Below, piece by piece: positions 39,237 to 49,008 of a DNA stretch of 64,000 bases; within the stretch, counting starts at the first letter, position 1; the number at the start of each line of letters is the position of its first letter. Origin of the DNA: an uncultured Spirochaetota bacterium (GTDB lineage: Bacteria > Spirochaetota > Spirochaetia > SZUA-6 > Fen-1364); the NCBI GenBank assembly GCA_963734545.1, contig CAVTHO010000004.1, forward strand, positions 384,001-448,000, given 5' to 3'. The notes beneath the pieces are model-generated. The model made no database searches and had not been told where the DNA came from. It saw only the letters and a list, made by a program, of their open reading frames with translations. Position numbers and translations under genes: made by a program.

Positions 39237-40436
39237 CTACTCCTGGAGGATGCTCCGCAGATCGCGAAGCCCTCCCGCGGACACTTGCTCCGCCATCAGA
39301 TATGAAGCGGAGGGTGTCCCGATGACCCAGGACGAACCTGCCTGCCAGTGAGAGCGGCTTGAGGCAATGTCGTCGCGCACGGCAACCAGGTGCCGGGCGT
39401 CGCTGATGGTGAGTTGCTCCCGCCATTTGCACTCAATAAGGGAGAGTCGGCCGCCTGCCTCGACGACGAAATCGATCTCACGCGCGCGCTGGTCCCTGTA
39501 ATACCAGAAGTTCACCTGGCGCTGACCTTGCTGCGTCAGCTTTCTCATCTCCGAAAATACAAAGGTCTCCCAGACCGCGCCGACGTAAGGTGAGGCTCCA
39601 AGCGTTGAGTCGTCGAGGTTGAGGAGGAAACACAGAAGCCCGGTGTCCCGGAAATACACCTTGGGGGTTTTGACGATTCGCTTGCCAAAGCTTTCAAACC
39701 ACGGTTCGAGAAGGATGATCTGGCCCGATGCCTGGAGCACGCTCAGCCAGTCCCCGACGGCCTTGACTGAAATGCCCACGTCGCGGGCCACGTCGCTCTT
39801 GTTGAGCATGTTCGCCGATCGCGCTGCGAGCACCCGGATGAACCGCTCAAAGTCGCGCAAGCTGGTCACATTCAGGATCTGCCGGACGTCACGCTCGAGG
39901 TAGGTTGCAAGGTAGGAGGAATAGAAGTCACGGCGAGGGAAATCCGGCACCCGCCAGAGCTCGGGAAACAAGCCGCGGACCATGAGCGATATGAGGGCAC
40001 TCAACGTCTCTGGCAGGGGTCGAACCGCGCCTATCTCATCCCGCGAGAGGTTCTCGAGCTCGATGATGGCGCATCTGCCCGCTAGACTTTCCGAGACGCC
40101 CTTCATCAGAACGAACTGCTGACTGCCCGTAAGGATGAACCGGCCCATGGCGTGGCGCTCACGGTCAATCTCCGCCTTAAGCTGCCGGAAAAGGCCGGGC
40201 GCATACTGTATCTCGTCGATGACAACCGGTTGAGAATGCTCCCGCATGAACGCTGGGGAGCTCCGCTCTGCCTGTTCGGCGATGCTTGGCAGGTCGAGCG
40301 ATACGTAGTGGTGCCGGGGGAATGTCTTTTGAACAAGGAAGGTCTTTCCGGACTGTCGCGCGCCCGATACAACGACGGCGGGAAAAAAGCGAGCCAACTC
40401 GATCAACTTTGCAGCTATCGCCCGCGGATACTCCAT
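39237..40436 (-). CDS. AAA_14/DUF4143 ATPase
   Basis: GARQSGKT, IDEIQ, TGSQ, ESLAGR, TYLERD, PKVYFRDTG, EIDF...IECK. Confidence 0.92.
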   Translation of the reverse strand: MEYPRAIAAKLIELARFFPAVVVSGARQSGKTFLVQKTFPRHHYVSLDLPSIAEQAERSSPAFMREHSQPVVIDEIQYAPGLFRQLKAEIDRERHAMGRFILTGSQQFVLMKGVSESLAGRCAIIELENLSRDEIGAVRPLPETLSALISLMVRGLFPELWRVPDFPRRDFYSSYLATYLERDVRQILNVTSLRDFERFIRVLAARSANMLNKSDVARDVGISVKAVGDWLSVLQASGQIILLEPWFESFGKRIVKTPKVYFRDTGLLCFLLNLDDSTLGASPYVGAVWETFVFSEMRKLTQQGQRQVNFWYYRDQRAREIDFVVEAGGRLSLIECKWREQLTISDARHLVAVRDDIASSRSHWQAGSSWVIGTPSASYLMAEQVSAGGLRDLRSILQE

Positions 40437-40561
40437 GCGACAATTTTAACCTACCAAGTTAATATTGTCAACAACAGGCGCGGCAACTCCCGCGACGCGA
40501 CAGGCGATAGTCCTGGCCTGTACGGCAGGGGCGGGGGCCGCGGAGCCGTTCTATCCTCCGC

Positions 40562-41401
40562 TCACCGAGTGAGGTTTTCGCAGATGCTCCAGAGCCGTTC
40601 TTCGGTCTCGCGATTCCTGAAGGAGCACGGGATCTCCTTCCTGTTCTCGAAGAGCTTTCCCGAAACACCTTCAAGGTCAGGGCTGCTTGCAAGCCAGACA
40701 GCCGTGTCCGCGCCGTCCGCGGGCGTCCGATCGCCTCTCTTTCGCAATTGCTCCATCACCTGAGGGGGCGTGTCGCGATACAAGCCTGTATCCACGATGA
40801 GGCCGGGCGCCATGGCGTTTGCAGTCACACGGCTGCCTTCGAGCCTGCGCGCAATGGCCCACGTGAGCAGCCTGTCACACGCCTTTGACTGGGCGTACGC
40901 CTTCATGCTGTCCCAGGCGCGGCGCTGGAACTGCAGGTCATCCAGGTCCAGGTCACTTGCGAACGTGGAGGCCACGTTGACGATGCGGGCAGGAGCGCTC
41001 TCCTTCAGCCGGGGAAGGAGTTGGAGCATGGTAAGGTAATAGCCGATCACGTTTGTTCCAAACGTCAGCTCGATGCCGTCCGAGCTCTTCGCGATTGGCT
41101 GCGTGCCGCGGCTTACTCCGGCATTGTTGACCAGCACATCCACGCGATCGTGCGTTTCGAGAATCTTACGCGCAAACTGCTCGATGGACTTTCGACTGGC
41201 CACGTCCACAGCCACGATCTCGATCGAGCCGTCATGCCTGCCGCGCTCGATCTCCGCCGCGACTGCTTTCCCCCTGGCGGTGTCTCTGCACCCCAGCACG
41301 AGGTTTGCCCCCAAGCCTGCCAGTCCGATGGCGATCTCTTTGCCGATCCCGGAAGTAGGCCCCGTGATTACAACAGTCTTGCCCGTCATAGTGACATTCA
41401 T
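40562..41401 (-). CDS. Short-chain dehydrogenase (retinol dehydrogenase-like)
   Basis: TGPTSGIG, NNAG, YAQSK. Confidence 0.93.
   Translation of the reverse strand: MNVTMTGKTVVITGPTSGIGKEIAIGLAGLGANLVLGCRDTARGKAVAAEIERGRHDGSIEIVAVDVASRKSIEQFARKILETHDRVDVLVNNAGVSRGTQPIAKSSDGIELTFGTNVIGYYLTMLQLLPRLKESAPARIVNVASTFASDLDLDDLQFQRRAWDSMKAYAQSKACDRLLTWAIARRLEGSRVTANAMAPGLIVDTGLYRDTPPQVMEQLRKRGDRTPADGADTAVWLASSPDLEGVSGKLFENRKEIPCSFRNRETEERLWSICENLTR
40577..40610. repeat. 34-bp direct repeat, copy 2 (inside the SDR 3' end)
   Basis: Identical to 38450-38483. Confidence 0.92.
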
Positions 41402-41491
41402 GCTACCAATGTAGGAATTTCCGCCGTGTCGTCAAATGAAGGTTGCCGGAGAAGGCGGCTGACTGGTATGCTGCGCCCGGGACTGCCAATC

Positions 41492-42127
41492 ATGATCGAC
41501 ATCTGGCTGGAGGAGATCGATTCCCGCTGGTTCGGCGCCGCGCTTCACGATGGGGCCCTGGTTGCTACGGCCGCGGCATTTGCCAGGGAGGCCGTGCGCC
41601 GGGCCATCGTGGGGTCCCTGCCTGCCGAAGCGCCGCGGCGCTTCATGGAAGAGCCCTCCGAGGAATCACGGGCGACGCTCCGCATGCTGGCGGACCTGGA
41701 CCGGGGTGAAGAGAAGGGCAAGCACTTCGAATTGTCCTCTACGTATGTCCTGGAGCCGCTGCGCAGCGTGCTGCGCGCTGCCGCTGCCATCCCCCTCGGC
41801 TATGTCTCAACCTATGGGAACATTGCAAAAGCCGCCCATACCGATGCGCAAACAGTCGGCCAGATCATGGCCACCAACCCCCTCTATCCCGTGGTGCCCT
41901 GTCACCGGGTGGTCGGAGCAGACCTCGCCCTCACAGGGTACAGAGGCAGCCGCAAGACCCCGGCTCTGCTCGCCAAGCTCGAGCGCCTTCGAAGCGAGAA
42001 ACAGGGTTTCGCGGAGGAATCGATGATCGAAGCGGCGGGGCCGCTGAAGGTTGTGCCGGTGGAATGGGCGATCATCCGGGCTGTGAAGGACGGTGTGACC
42101 AGCGACAGGCAGCTGGATCTGTGGTGA
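41492..42127 (+). CDS. ogt: Methylated-DNA--protein-cysteine methyltransferase
   Basis: IPLGYVSTYG, NP...VPCHRVV active site. Confidence 0.85.
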   Translation: MIDIWLEEIDSRWFGAALHDGALVATAAAFAREAVRRAIVGSLPAEAPRRFMEEPSEESRATLRMLADLDRGEEKGKHFELSSTYVLEPLRSVLRAAAAIPLGYVSTYGNIAKAAHTDAQTVGQIMATNPLYPVVPCHRVVGADLALTGYRGSRKTPALLAKLERLRSEKQGFAEESMIEAAGPLKVVPVEWAIIRAVKDGVTSDRQLDLW

Positions 42128-42146
42128 GCTGATCGGAGGAGAAAGT

Positions 42147-43298
42147 ATGGGCGATATCGGGGTCTACCGTTCCCTGCAGGAGCACCTTGATCGACAGGCA
42201 GTCGGGTTTCCCGCGACGCAATCGGGGGAGGAGCTCCGATTCCTCCAGAAGCTGTTCACGCCGGACGAGGCGCGCCTGGCACTGAACCTCAGCTACCGGC
42301 CTGCTTCTATAGAAGAAATCATGAGGGCACCTTTGTCGGCGTCCGGGGCAGAACGCGGGAAGGTCCTCGGGCTGCTGGAAAGCATGGTGTCAAAAGGAGC
42401 GATCGGCTGGAAGGAGAAGGAAGGCACCGGCCGCTGGTTTCTCCTGCCGATGGTGGTAGGCATGTACGAAGGCCAGGACGGCCATATTGCCCCGGAGATC
42501 CAGGCGGCAGCGGACGCTTACTTCAGCACACGTGAATGGGGAACCTCTCTGCTCGCCGCGACCCCGTCCCAGATGCGCACGATCCCCGTGGGCATCGACG
42601 TGCCGGTCCATCACCACGTGGCGTCGTACGAGCAGATCCGGGCCATCGTAGAGGCTGCCCGCGGACCGTTCGTCGTCCTTCCGTGCATCTGCCGGGAAAG
42701 CGCGGCCTGGAAAGGCAAGCCCTGCGGGAAGACGACGCGCACGGAGACCTGCCTCGGGTTCGGGGAGAGCGCCGCAGTGGTGCTCAAGAGAAAGCATGGC
42801 CGCGAGGTCTCCCGTGAAGAGGTGATCGCGATATTGAGGCAAAACGAGAAGGACGGCCTCGTGCTTCAGCCCTCCAACGCGCAGAACCCGGTATTCGTCT
42901 GCTCCTGCTGTGGATGCTGCTGCGGCATGCTGGGGATGCAGAGGCGCCTCCCCCACCCGCTCGCCTTCTGGACCACCAACTTCCACGCCGTTGTGGACGC
43001 CGACGCCTGCACGGGATGCGGGACGTGCGCCACGCGCTGCCAGGTTGATGCGGTGGCCGTTCGTGACACCGCGGGCGGCGCAACGGCCGCCGCCACCGCG
43101 GTGGTCGACATGAACCGCTGCATCGGCTGCGGCGTCTGCACGACCACCTGCGCTGCGGAGGCTATCCGCCTGGAAAAGAATGACACGGAAGCAGTCCCGC
43201 CCGCGGACGAGGAAGAGCTGTACGACACGATACGTTCCGGCAGGAAGGGATGGCCCGAGACGAAGAGAGATGTGATGAGACGCATGCTGGGGAAGTGA
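42147..43298 (+). CDS. 4Fe-4S dicluster protein with an N-terminal HTH-like region
   Basis: CICR, CSCCGCCC, two CxxCxxCxxxC ferredoxin motifs. Confidence 0.88.
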   Translation: MGDIGVYRSLQEHLDRQAVGFPATQSGEELRFLQKLFTPDEARLALNLSYRPASIEEIMRAPLSASGAERGKVLGLLESMVSKGAIGWKEKEGTGRWFLLPMVVGMYEGQDGHIAPEIQAAADAYFSTREWGTSLLAATPSQMRTIPVGIDVPVHHHVASYEQIRAIVEAARGPFVVLPCICRESAAWKGKPCGKTTRTETCLGFGESAAVVLKRKHGREVSREEVIAILRQNEKDGLVLQPSNAQNPVFVCSCCGCCCGMLGMQRRLPHPLAFWTTNFHAVVDADACTGCGTCATRCQVDAVAVRDTAGGATAAATAVVDMNRCIGCGVCTTTCAAEAIRLEKNDTEAVPPADEEELYDTIRSGRKGWPETKRDVMRRMLGK

Positions 43299-43337
43299 CG
43301 ATCGGCGCGCTATTCGGAGCCGTTCATCTCCACGTGC

Positions 43338-43823
43338 CTACCGGGCGCTCCCCTGTTTCGCCTGCTGCATCACGAACTTCTGGACGCTCGCGAAATGCTC
43401 GTCGTAGTGCCCGTAGGTATCTCCGAGAAAAGACTCCATGAGGCCCTTGTCCGCGAGCTGCTCATCGGTGATGGTCCTGGCGAGCCGGACGATGCGTGCG
43501 TAGCTCGCCTTGAATATTTCCAGGATGTGTCGGCCGCTCATGTGTGCCATGTCCGCCACTGCCTTTGCGTTGAGGCGCGCGATGTAGGTTTCCTTGCTCT
43601 CGTCGGGACGCGGGTCCCATTCCACGGGCGTGCCGGCGGCCCGGCGCTCGACCCTTTCGTGCCAGAAGAGCATGTGCGCAAGGAGATCGCGCACCGACCA
43701 CACCTTCGTCACTCCGACGATCGCCAGTTGATCGTCCTTCAGTTTCTCGATCTCCGCGATGAAGCGGGAATAGCCGCGGTCCAGCTCACGCAGGAGCTGG
43801 TCGCGATTCAGCATGGGATCCAT
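43338..43823 (-). CDS. DinB-like (ClbS/DfsB-type) four-helix bundle protein
   Basis: WSVRDLLAHMLFW ... DTYGHYDEH. Confidence 0.75.
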   Translation of the reverse strand: MDPMLNRDQLLRELDRGYSRFIAEIEKLKDDQLAIVGVTKVWSVRDLLAHMLFWHERVERRAAGTPVEWDPRPDESKETYIARLNAKAVADMAHMSGRHILEIFKASYARIVRLARTITDEQLADKGLMESFLGDTYGHYDEHFASVQKFVMQQAKQGSAR

Positions 43824-43917
43824 TTCTCCTCCTCCTCGTCATTCTATCCCGAAGCCGTGGACGTGATCACCGGGGGGACGCGTTGCCACGCCGCGCGGCC
43901 GCTGTTAGGATTCCGGC

Positions 43918-44457
43918 ATGAGCGACACGATCGACGCGATGACCCTGCGGCTGGTCCTGAAGAGCCAGTACCATGCGGGTCTTGCGATGCTGAAAGAAGC
44001 CATTGAGCGGTGCCCGGACGATGTCTGGCTGAATACCCGGCATCACAACGCGTTCTGGCAGATCGCCTACCACTGCCTGTTCTTCACGCACCTCTACCTG
44101 CAGAGCGACGAGGCGGCGTTTCGACCCTGGGCCGAACACCAGTCCGCGGTGCAGCACCCGGACGGAATTGCCGACGCGCCGAAGCCCGGCAGCACGCTGC
44201 CGCTGATCCCAAAGCCGTACACCAGGGCGCAGGCACTGGCGTACTGGGACCACTGCGATCGGATGGTTGACGCCGCGGTGGACGCGTTGGACCTTCATAA
44301 CCCTCAGTGCGGGTTCCCCTGGTACAAGATGTCGAAGCTGGAGCACCAGATGGTCAACCTCCGTCACCTCCAGCACCACGCCGCGCAGCTTGCAGACCGG
44401 CTGCGTACGGCCCAGGACATCGGCATCCGCTGGAGGGGAGCCGGTCCTCGGGGCTGA
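43918..44457 (+). CDS. DinB family protein
   Basis: FWQIAYHCLFF ... NLRHLQHHAAQL. Confidence 0.8.
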   Translation: MSDTIDAMTLRLVLKSQYHAGLAMLKEAIERCPDDVWLNTRHHNAFWQIAYHCLFFTHLYLQSDEAAFRPWAEHQSAVQHPDGIADAPKPGSTLPLIPKPYTRAQALAYWDHCDRMVDAAVDALDLHNPQCGFPWYKMSKLEHQMVNLRHLQHHAAQLADRLRTAQDIGIRWRGAGPRG

Positions 44458-44469
44458 GCGCGGCTTGCG

Positions 44470-45396
44470 CTACCGGTGGCTCGCATAATGCAGCTCTCGG
44501 ACCGCTTCCCGCAAGGCGCGCTGCTCAGCCTCGCACAGCGGTGGCTTATCGGCCGCGGCGACGTTCGCCTCGACCTGCGCCACGCTGCTGGCCCCGGCCG
44601 CCACCGCGGTCACGGCGGGATTGCTCAGAACGAATCGAATGGCCGTCTGCGACATCTCCTTGTCCGACCCGGAGATCGCTCGGAGGGCTTCCTGGGCAGC
44701 CCGCACCTCCGAGGCCGTCAGGCCGAGGTACTCCGACGGGGGTTTCCCCGCCGGAGGCTTTCCTGCCAGGAGACCGCCCGCAACGGCCCCGCGCACAAGA
44801 ACGCCGATCCCGGCCTGCCTGGCCGTTTCCAGGATCTCCTCCTCGGGCCTGCGGTCCAGCACGCTGTACTGGACCATCTCCGACGACAGCCCGGCAGCCC
44901 CGGTCTCGGCCAGGGCCGCGTAGCGGCGCACCACGTTCGGCCGGATCGAAGAGATTCCCCACGCGCGGATGGTGCCCGTTTGTAAAAGGCGCTCGAACGC
45001 ACGCACCGTCTCCTCTGCCGGGTCTTCGATGGTCCCTCCATGAAGCTGGTAGAGGTCGATGTAGTCTGTCTTGAGCCTGCGCAGGCTCTCTCGAACAGCC
45101 TGCAGGATGTACTTCTCCGTTGGGTCCCAGTCCAGCCCCGAGCCGTCGGGCCGACGACGGTTTCCCACCTTGGTGGCGATCACCACCCTGTCACGCACGC
45201 CATGGAGCGCATCGCCAACAATCTCCTCGTTGACGCCCTGGTCATACAGGTCCGCCGTGTCGAACAGCGTTACCCCGAGGTCGAAGGCCCTGCGGACAAT
45301 GCTTTCCGCCCTGGGCCTGTCGAGTCCCAGGGACATGCACCCCAGGCCCACAACGGATACCTCGATGCCGGATCTTCCCAAGCTGCAATGGTTCAT
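44470..45396 (-). CDS. Aldo/keto reductase
   Basis: GLGCM, FDTADLY, IATKVG, SLRRLKTDYIDLYQLH. Confidence 0.95.
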   Translation of the reverse strand: MNHCSLGRSGIEVSVVGLGCMSLGLDRPRAESIVRRAFDLGVTLFDTADLYDQGVNEEIVGDALHGVRDRVVIATKVGNRRRPDGSGLDWDPTEKYILQAVRESLRRLKTDYIDLYQLHGGTIEDPAEETVRAFERLLQTGTIRAWGISSIRPNVVRRYAALAETGAAGLSSEMVQYSVLDRRPEEEILETARQAGIGVLVRGAVAGGLLAGKPPAGKPPSEYLGLTASEVRAAQEALRAISGSDKEMSQTAIRFVLSNPAVTAVAAGASSVAQVEANVAAADKPPLCEAEQRALREAVRELHYASHR

Positions 45397-45441
45397 GGAG
45401 TCCCCCGTTCAGTATATTACTGGGGAAGGAGGATGAAGAGA

Positions 45442-45855
45442 ATGAAAATGAATCCAGTCGTCCATTTCGAAATGCCCGCACGAGACAACGGCCGCATGTC
45501 GAACTTCTATGCGGCGGTATTCGGATGGAAGACCCAGCAACTGGGCCCCGAGATGGGAAACTACGTCGTCGTTCAGACCACCGAAACGGGAGAGAACAAC
45601 TTCCCGAAGGAACCCGGCAGGATCAACGGCGGCTTCTTCGGAAGGACAAAAGAAGACCAGCAACCCAGCGTCGTCATCGCTGTTGATGACATCCACGACG
45701 CCATGAAAAAAGTAGCGGCGCAGGGCGGCAAGGTGCTTGGCGGTCAGAAACCCGGCGAACCTGACGACATCCCCGGAATCGGTCTCTATGCGGCGTTCAT
45801 CGACACGGAAGGCAACCGTGTCGGCATGCTGCAGCCTTCCCCAATGACAGGATAG
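45442..45855 (+). CDS. VOC/glyoxalase family protein
   Basis: NPVVHFEMP, INGGF, FIDTEGNRVGMLQ. Confidence 0.9.
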   Translation: MKMNPVVHFEMPARDNGRMSNFYAAVFGWKTQQLGPEMGNYVVVQTTETGENNFPKEPGRINGGFFGRTKEDQQPSVVIAVDDIHDAMKKVAAQGGKVLGGQKPGEPDDIPGIGLYAAFIDTEGNRVGMLQPSPMTG

Positions 45856-45937
45856 CGCCGAGGCACGCTCCTTTGCCCTGCCCCGGGCCCTGCCGTCCCC
45901 TGCCCCTGGCTCCGCGCGGGGATGATCGTGCGGGGCG

Positions 45938-46567
45938 TCAATCTGCCAGGGCGAGGAACTGTGAGAGGATACGTTCAGTGATGCCCCAGATCGGGCCCTT
46001 GGGAGACGGGAAGGCAGGCAATTCGCGCGTGCCGTCCCCGGCTTCCCAACGCACCACGGCGGTGCGTCCGGTCCTCCTGAGATCCGCGAGGGGCATCCAG
46101 AATGCTTCCTCGACCTCTGTCGGCTGAAGCCGGGGGATTGCACCCCGCGGCGCAAGGGCAACAAACGGAGTCACGGTGACGGAAGGAATGCGCGCACTCA
46201 GGGGACGGAGAGTCGGCAGCCTGCCGAGCACTCTGCCGCCATGCCGGGCGTCGATCCCGACCTCTTCCGCTGTTTCGCGCATGGCGATGTCCAGCAGGGT
46301 GGCGTCCACCTTTTCTGCCCGGCCCCCGGGGAATGCCAGGTGCCCCGACCACGGATCCCCTGCCCGCTCGGCACGCTTGATCAGGAGGATCTCGGCAGAA
46401 TCGCCTGTTGCGCCGCCGTCGGCAGCCCCGACTGCCGGGCGCAGAAGGAGCGTAACCGCCGCGTGGGTCAGGCCCTCCTCCGCGGCCGGCATCTCCGCCG
46501 GATGGACAGGATCGAGCCGTGCCTCGACCCGCCGAAGGAATGCTTCGAATTGGAATTCCAGGACCAC
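45938..46567 (-). CDS. Nudix hydrolase (CoA pyrophosphatase-like)
   Basis: DPWSGHLAFPGG...AMRETAEEVG; IWGIT. Confidence 0.9.
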   Translation of the reverse strand: MVLEFQFEAFLRRVEARLDPVHPAEMPAAEEGLTHAAVTLLLRPAVGAADGGATGDSAEILLIKRAERAGDPWSGHLAFPGGRAEKVDATLLDIAMRETAEEVGIDARHGGRVLGRLPTLRPLSARIPSVTVTPFVALAPRGAIPRLQPTEVEEAFWMPLADLRRTGRTAVVRWEAGDGTRELPAFPSPKGPIWGITERILSQFLALAD

Positions 46568-46708
46568 CGACTCACTCTATCATCTTCCATGCAGGCATTA
46601 AACCGGGGGAGCTGCGCACATCTGCGGGGCTGGCAGCAGGCGAGCTCAATGCTCCGACTCATGCAATTTCGGATTGACATTCCGATATTTCATAAGCCAT
46701 AATAGCAC

Positions 46709-47902
46709 ATGACCTATCGCCATCGGGCCCTGGAGGCCCGGCTGAAAAGATACCTCGCCCTTTTTCCAGCGGTGGCGGTTACCGGTCCGCGGCAGTCAGG
46801 CAAGTCGACACTTCTCCAGACGGCTTTCCCGGAGTTGCCCTATGTCAGCTTTGACGATCCTGAGGAGGTGCGCGCGGCGGGGATGGATCCGCGCGGCTAC
46901 CTGTCCCGGTTTCCTGGGAGAGTCATCCTCGATGAAGCTCAGAGGGCGCCTGGGCTCTTCTCCTATCTGAAGATCGAGATTGACTCCGACAGACAACGCA
47001 AAGGTCGATTCATCCTTTCCGGATCCAACCAGTTCAGCCTTTCCCGGCGCCTCTCCGAGAGCCTCGCCGGAAGGATTGGCCTGCTTGAGCTGCATCCGTT
47101 CGAGCGGAATGAGATGCCGAAGGAGAGTCGAAAGAACCAGATGCTCTTCGGCTCCTACCCTGAGTTGGTCATGCGGGATCACGAAGGATCCCGAGAATGG
47201 TATTCCTCATACCTCGCCACGTACCTGGAGCGGGACGTCCGTCTTGCCAACGACGTCGGCAAGCTCTCCGATTTCCAAACGCTCGTCCGCCTCCTCGCTG
47301 TGCGCGCAAGCCAGGAGTATAATGCCAGCTCTCTGGCCCGCGAGGTAGGCGTGGACTCCAAGACGGTAGAGTCCTGGGTCTCCATCCTCGAGGCGAGCTA
47401 CCTCATCTTCCGCCTTCGACCCTGGAAGGCGAACATCGGAAAACGGCTCGTGAAGCGCCCGAAGATCTTTTTCTGGGACACCGGGCTGGTATGCCATCTC
47501 TCAGGCATTCGGGACGTCGAGGCGCTGGAGTCAGGTCCGCTTGGCGGCCCGGTTTTCGAGAACCTTGTAGTGGCGGAAATCCTGAAGGCAGCGGCGCACC
47601 GTGGGCTGGACGTAGAGGCCAGCTACTTCCGGGAGTCCAACGGTCTTGAAGCCGATTTGTTGGTGCGCGATCATGGCACCGGTCGGCACTGGGTGGTCGA
47701 TGCCAAATCGGGCCACACGCCCAAGGCGCCGTGGATCGAGAGTCTCGCCAGGATTGCTGCCCTCGTAGCAAAGCCGAAGACGGCCGCAATACCCCGACCA
47801 GTGGTCATCTACCGCGGCAGGACCCGGCATGATTGGCCATCTATGGGCAGTGACTTCCTTGGATTTGAAGATGCAATAGCAGAATGGCAAACGGCGAGAT
47901 AA
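46709..47902 (+). CDS. AAA_14/DUF4143 ATPase (second)
   Basis: GPRQSGKST, LDEAQ, ESLAGR, TYLERD, PKIFFWDTG. Confidence 0.92.
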   Translation: MTYRHRALEARLKRYLALFPAVAVTGPRQSGKSTLLQTAFPELPYVSFDDPEEVRAAGMDPRGYLSRFPGRVILDEAQRAPGLFSYLKIEIDSDRQRKGRFILSGSNQFSLSRRLSESLAGRIGLLELHPFERNEMPKESRKNQMLFGSYPELVMRDHEGSREWYSSYLATYLERDVRLANDVGKLSDFQTLVRLLAVRASQEYNASSLAREVGVDSKTVESWVSILEASYLIFRLRPWKANIGKRLVKRPKIFFWDTGLVCHLSGIRDVEALESGPLGGPVFENLVVAEILKAAAHRGLDVEASYFRESNGLEADLLVRDHGTGRHWVVDAKSGHTPKAPWIESLARIAALVAKPKTAAIPRPVVIYRGRTRHDWPSMGSDFLGFEDAIAEWQTAR

Positions 47903-47906
47903 CGCC

Positions 47907-48932
47907 CTACCAGTAGTTCTGCACCGCCTCGGCCGAGCCGAACAGCCGATCAGACTGGCTGATCTGGATCCACCGACCGCCGTCCAGGAGCACCCGTCCT
48001 GTGAAGAACCCGTACGCTTTCAGCAGGCTCGTCCGGAGGACCACGTAGTTGGTGCCGCCGCGCTCGATGCACACCGGTGTGAGCGTGAGGTCGACCCGGT
48101 TGTCTCCATCAGTGAAGGTCCAGGCCTTCATCGGGTCCGCGCGGTCAAAGGTGAAGCGGGCCTTGTCCAGGTGGTGACCCACGTTGTCGTGAAAGATCAT
48201 GGACTTGCTCGACTCGGTGCCAAACCCATAGTCGATGTTCAGGCCGAAGGGGACGCCGCCCACCACCCCGGAGGCTGTGCACCACTGCCACTCGACGTGG
48301 TACGGGAACACGGCCCGGCTCCAGTCCAGGCAGCCGTGGCTGTGGTTGTCCAGTGAGAAGCGGTACTCATCGCCGCCGATCTTGACCCGGCCGTTGGGCA
48401 CCATGCAGTTGATCTTCTGGACATAGACGAACCGTGTGGCGCGGCGAAAGGGGATGGCGTTGACCATGGTGTCGCCGGGCGGCTGGGCCAGCTCCATCTC
48501 CCCGGACAGGCCCGCGCCGCCTCGGAAGCCCGGGAAGGAAAACCCGAAGGCGCGGACCCCGTCCTTGCGCCGGCGGCACACCCACCGAACGCCTCCGCGG
48601 TCGAACACGACGTCGCCGGTCTCCGAGCTTGCGGGCAGCCCCATGCCGCCGCGGGTGAACCAGAGGGTCAGGCCATGCTCCTCGAAGGTTCCGGCGCGGA
48701 AGTCCATCCACTTCACGATCGCCCTGCCCTGGTAGCCGATATCGTAGATCAGCAGGACGATCCCGTAGTCGGGATTGATGACCTCGTAATAGTCCCACTC
48801 CTTGATCCGAAGGGCCGACGCGGCCACGCGGCCGCGCTCGTAGCGCAGGAGGGGCTGCCGGGCCCAGCCGCTGGCGGCCAGCCTGCCGCGCCCATCAAGG
48901 AGATCTCCGGCGGATGTGATTTCTTTCTGCAC
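47907..48932 (-). CDS. DUF2804 family protein
   Basis: GWARQP, RIKEWDYY, YVQKINCM, LDWSRAV. Confidence 0.8.
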   Translation of the reverse strand: MQKEITSAGDLLDGRGRLAASGWARQPLLRYERGRVAASALRIKEWDYYEVINPDYGIVLLIYDIGYQGRAIVKWMDFRAGTFEEHGLTLWFTRGGMGLPASSETGDVVFDRGGVRWVCRRRKDGVRAFGFSFPGFRGGAGLSGEMELAQPPGDTMVNAIPFRRATRFVYVQKINCMVPNGRVKIGGDEYRFSLDNHSHGCLDWSRAVFPYHVEWQWCTASGVVGGVPFGLNIDYGFGTESSKSMIFHDNVGHHLDKARFTFDRADPMKAWTFTDGDNRVDLTLTPVCIERGGTNYVVLRTSLLKAYGFFTGRVLLDGGRWIQISQSDRLFGSAEAVQNYW

Positions 48933-49008
48933 ACTTTCCTCCTGGCGCCCGGATTTTCATTTGCGGTCTGCGCGATCCGAATGGTAGCATAGCCGCCAAA
49001 AGGAGACA

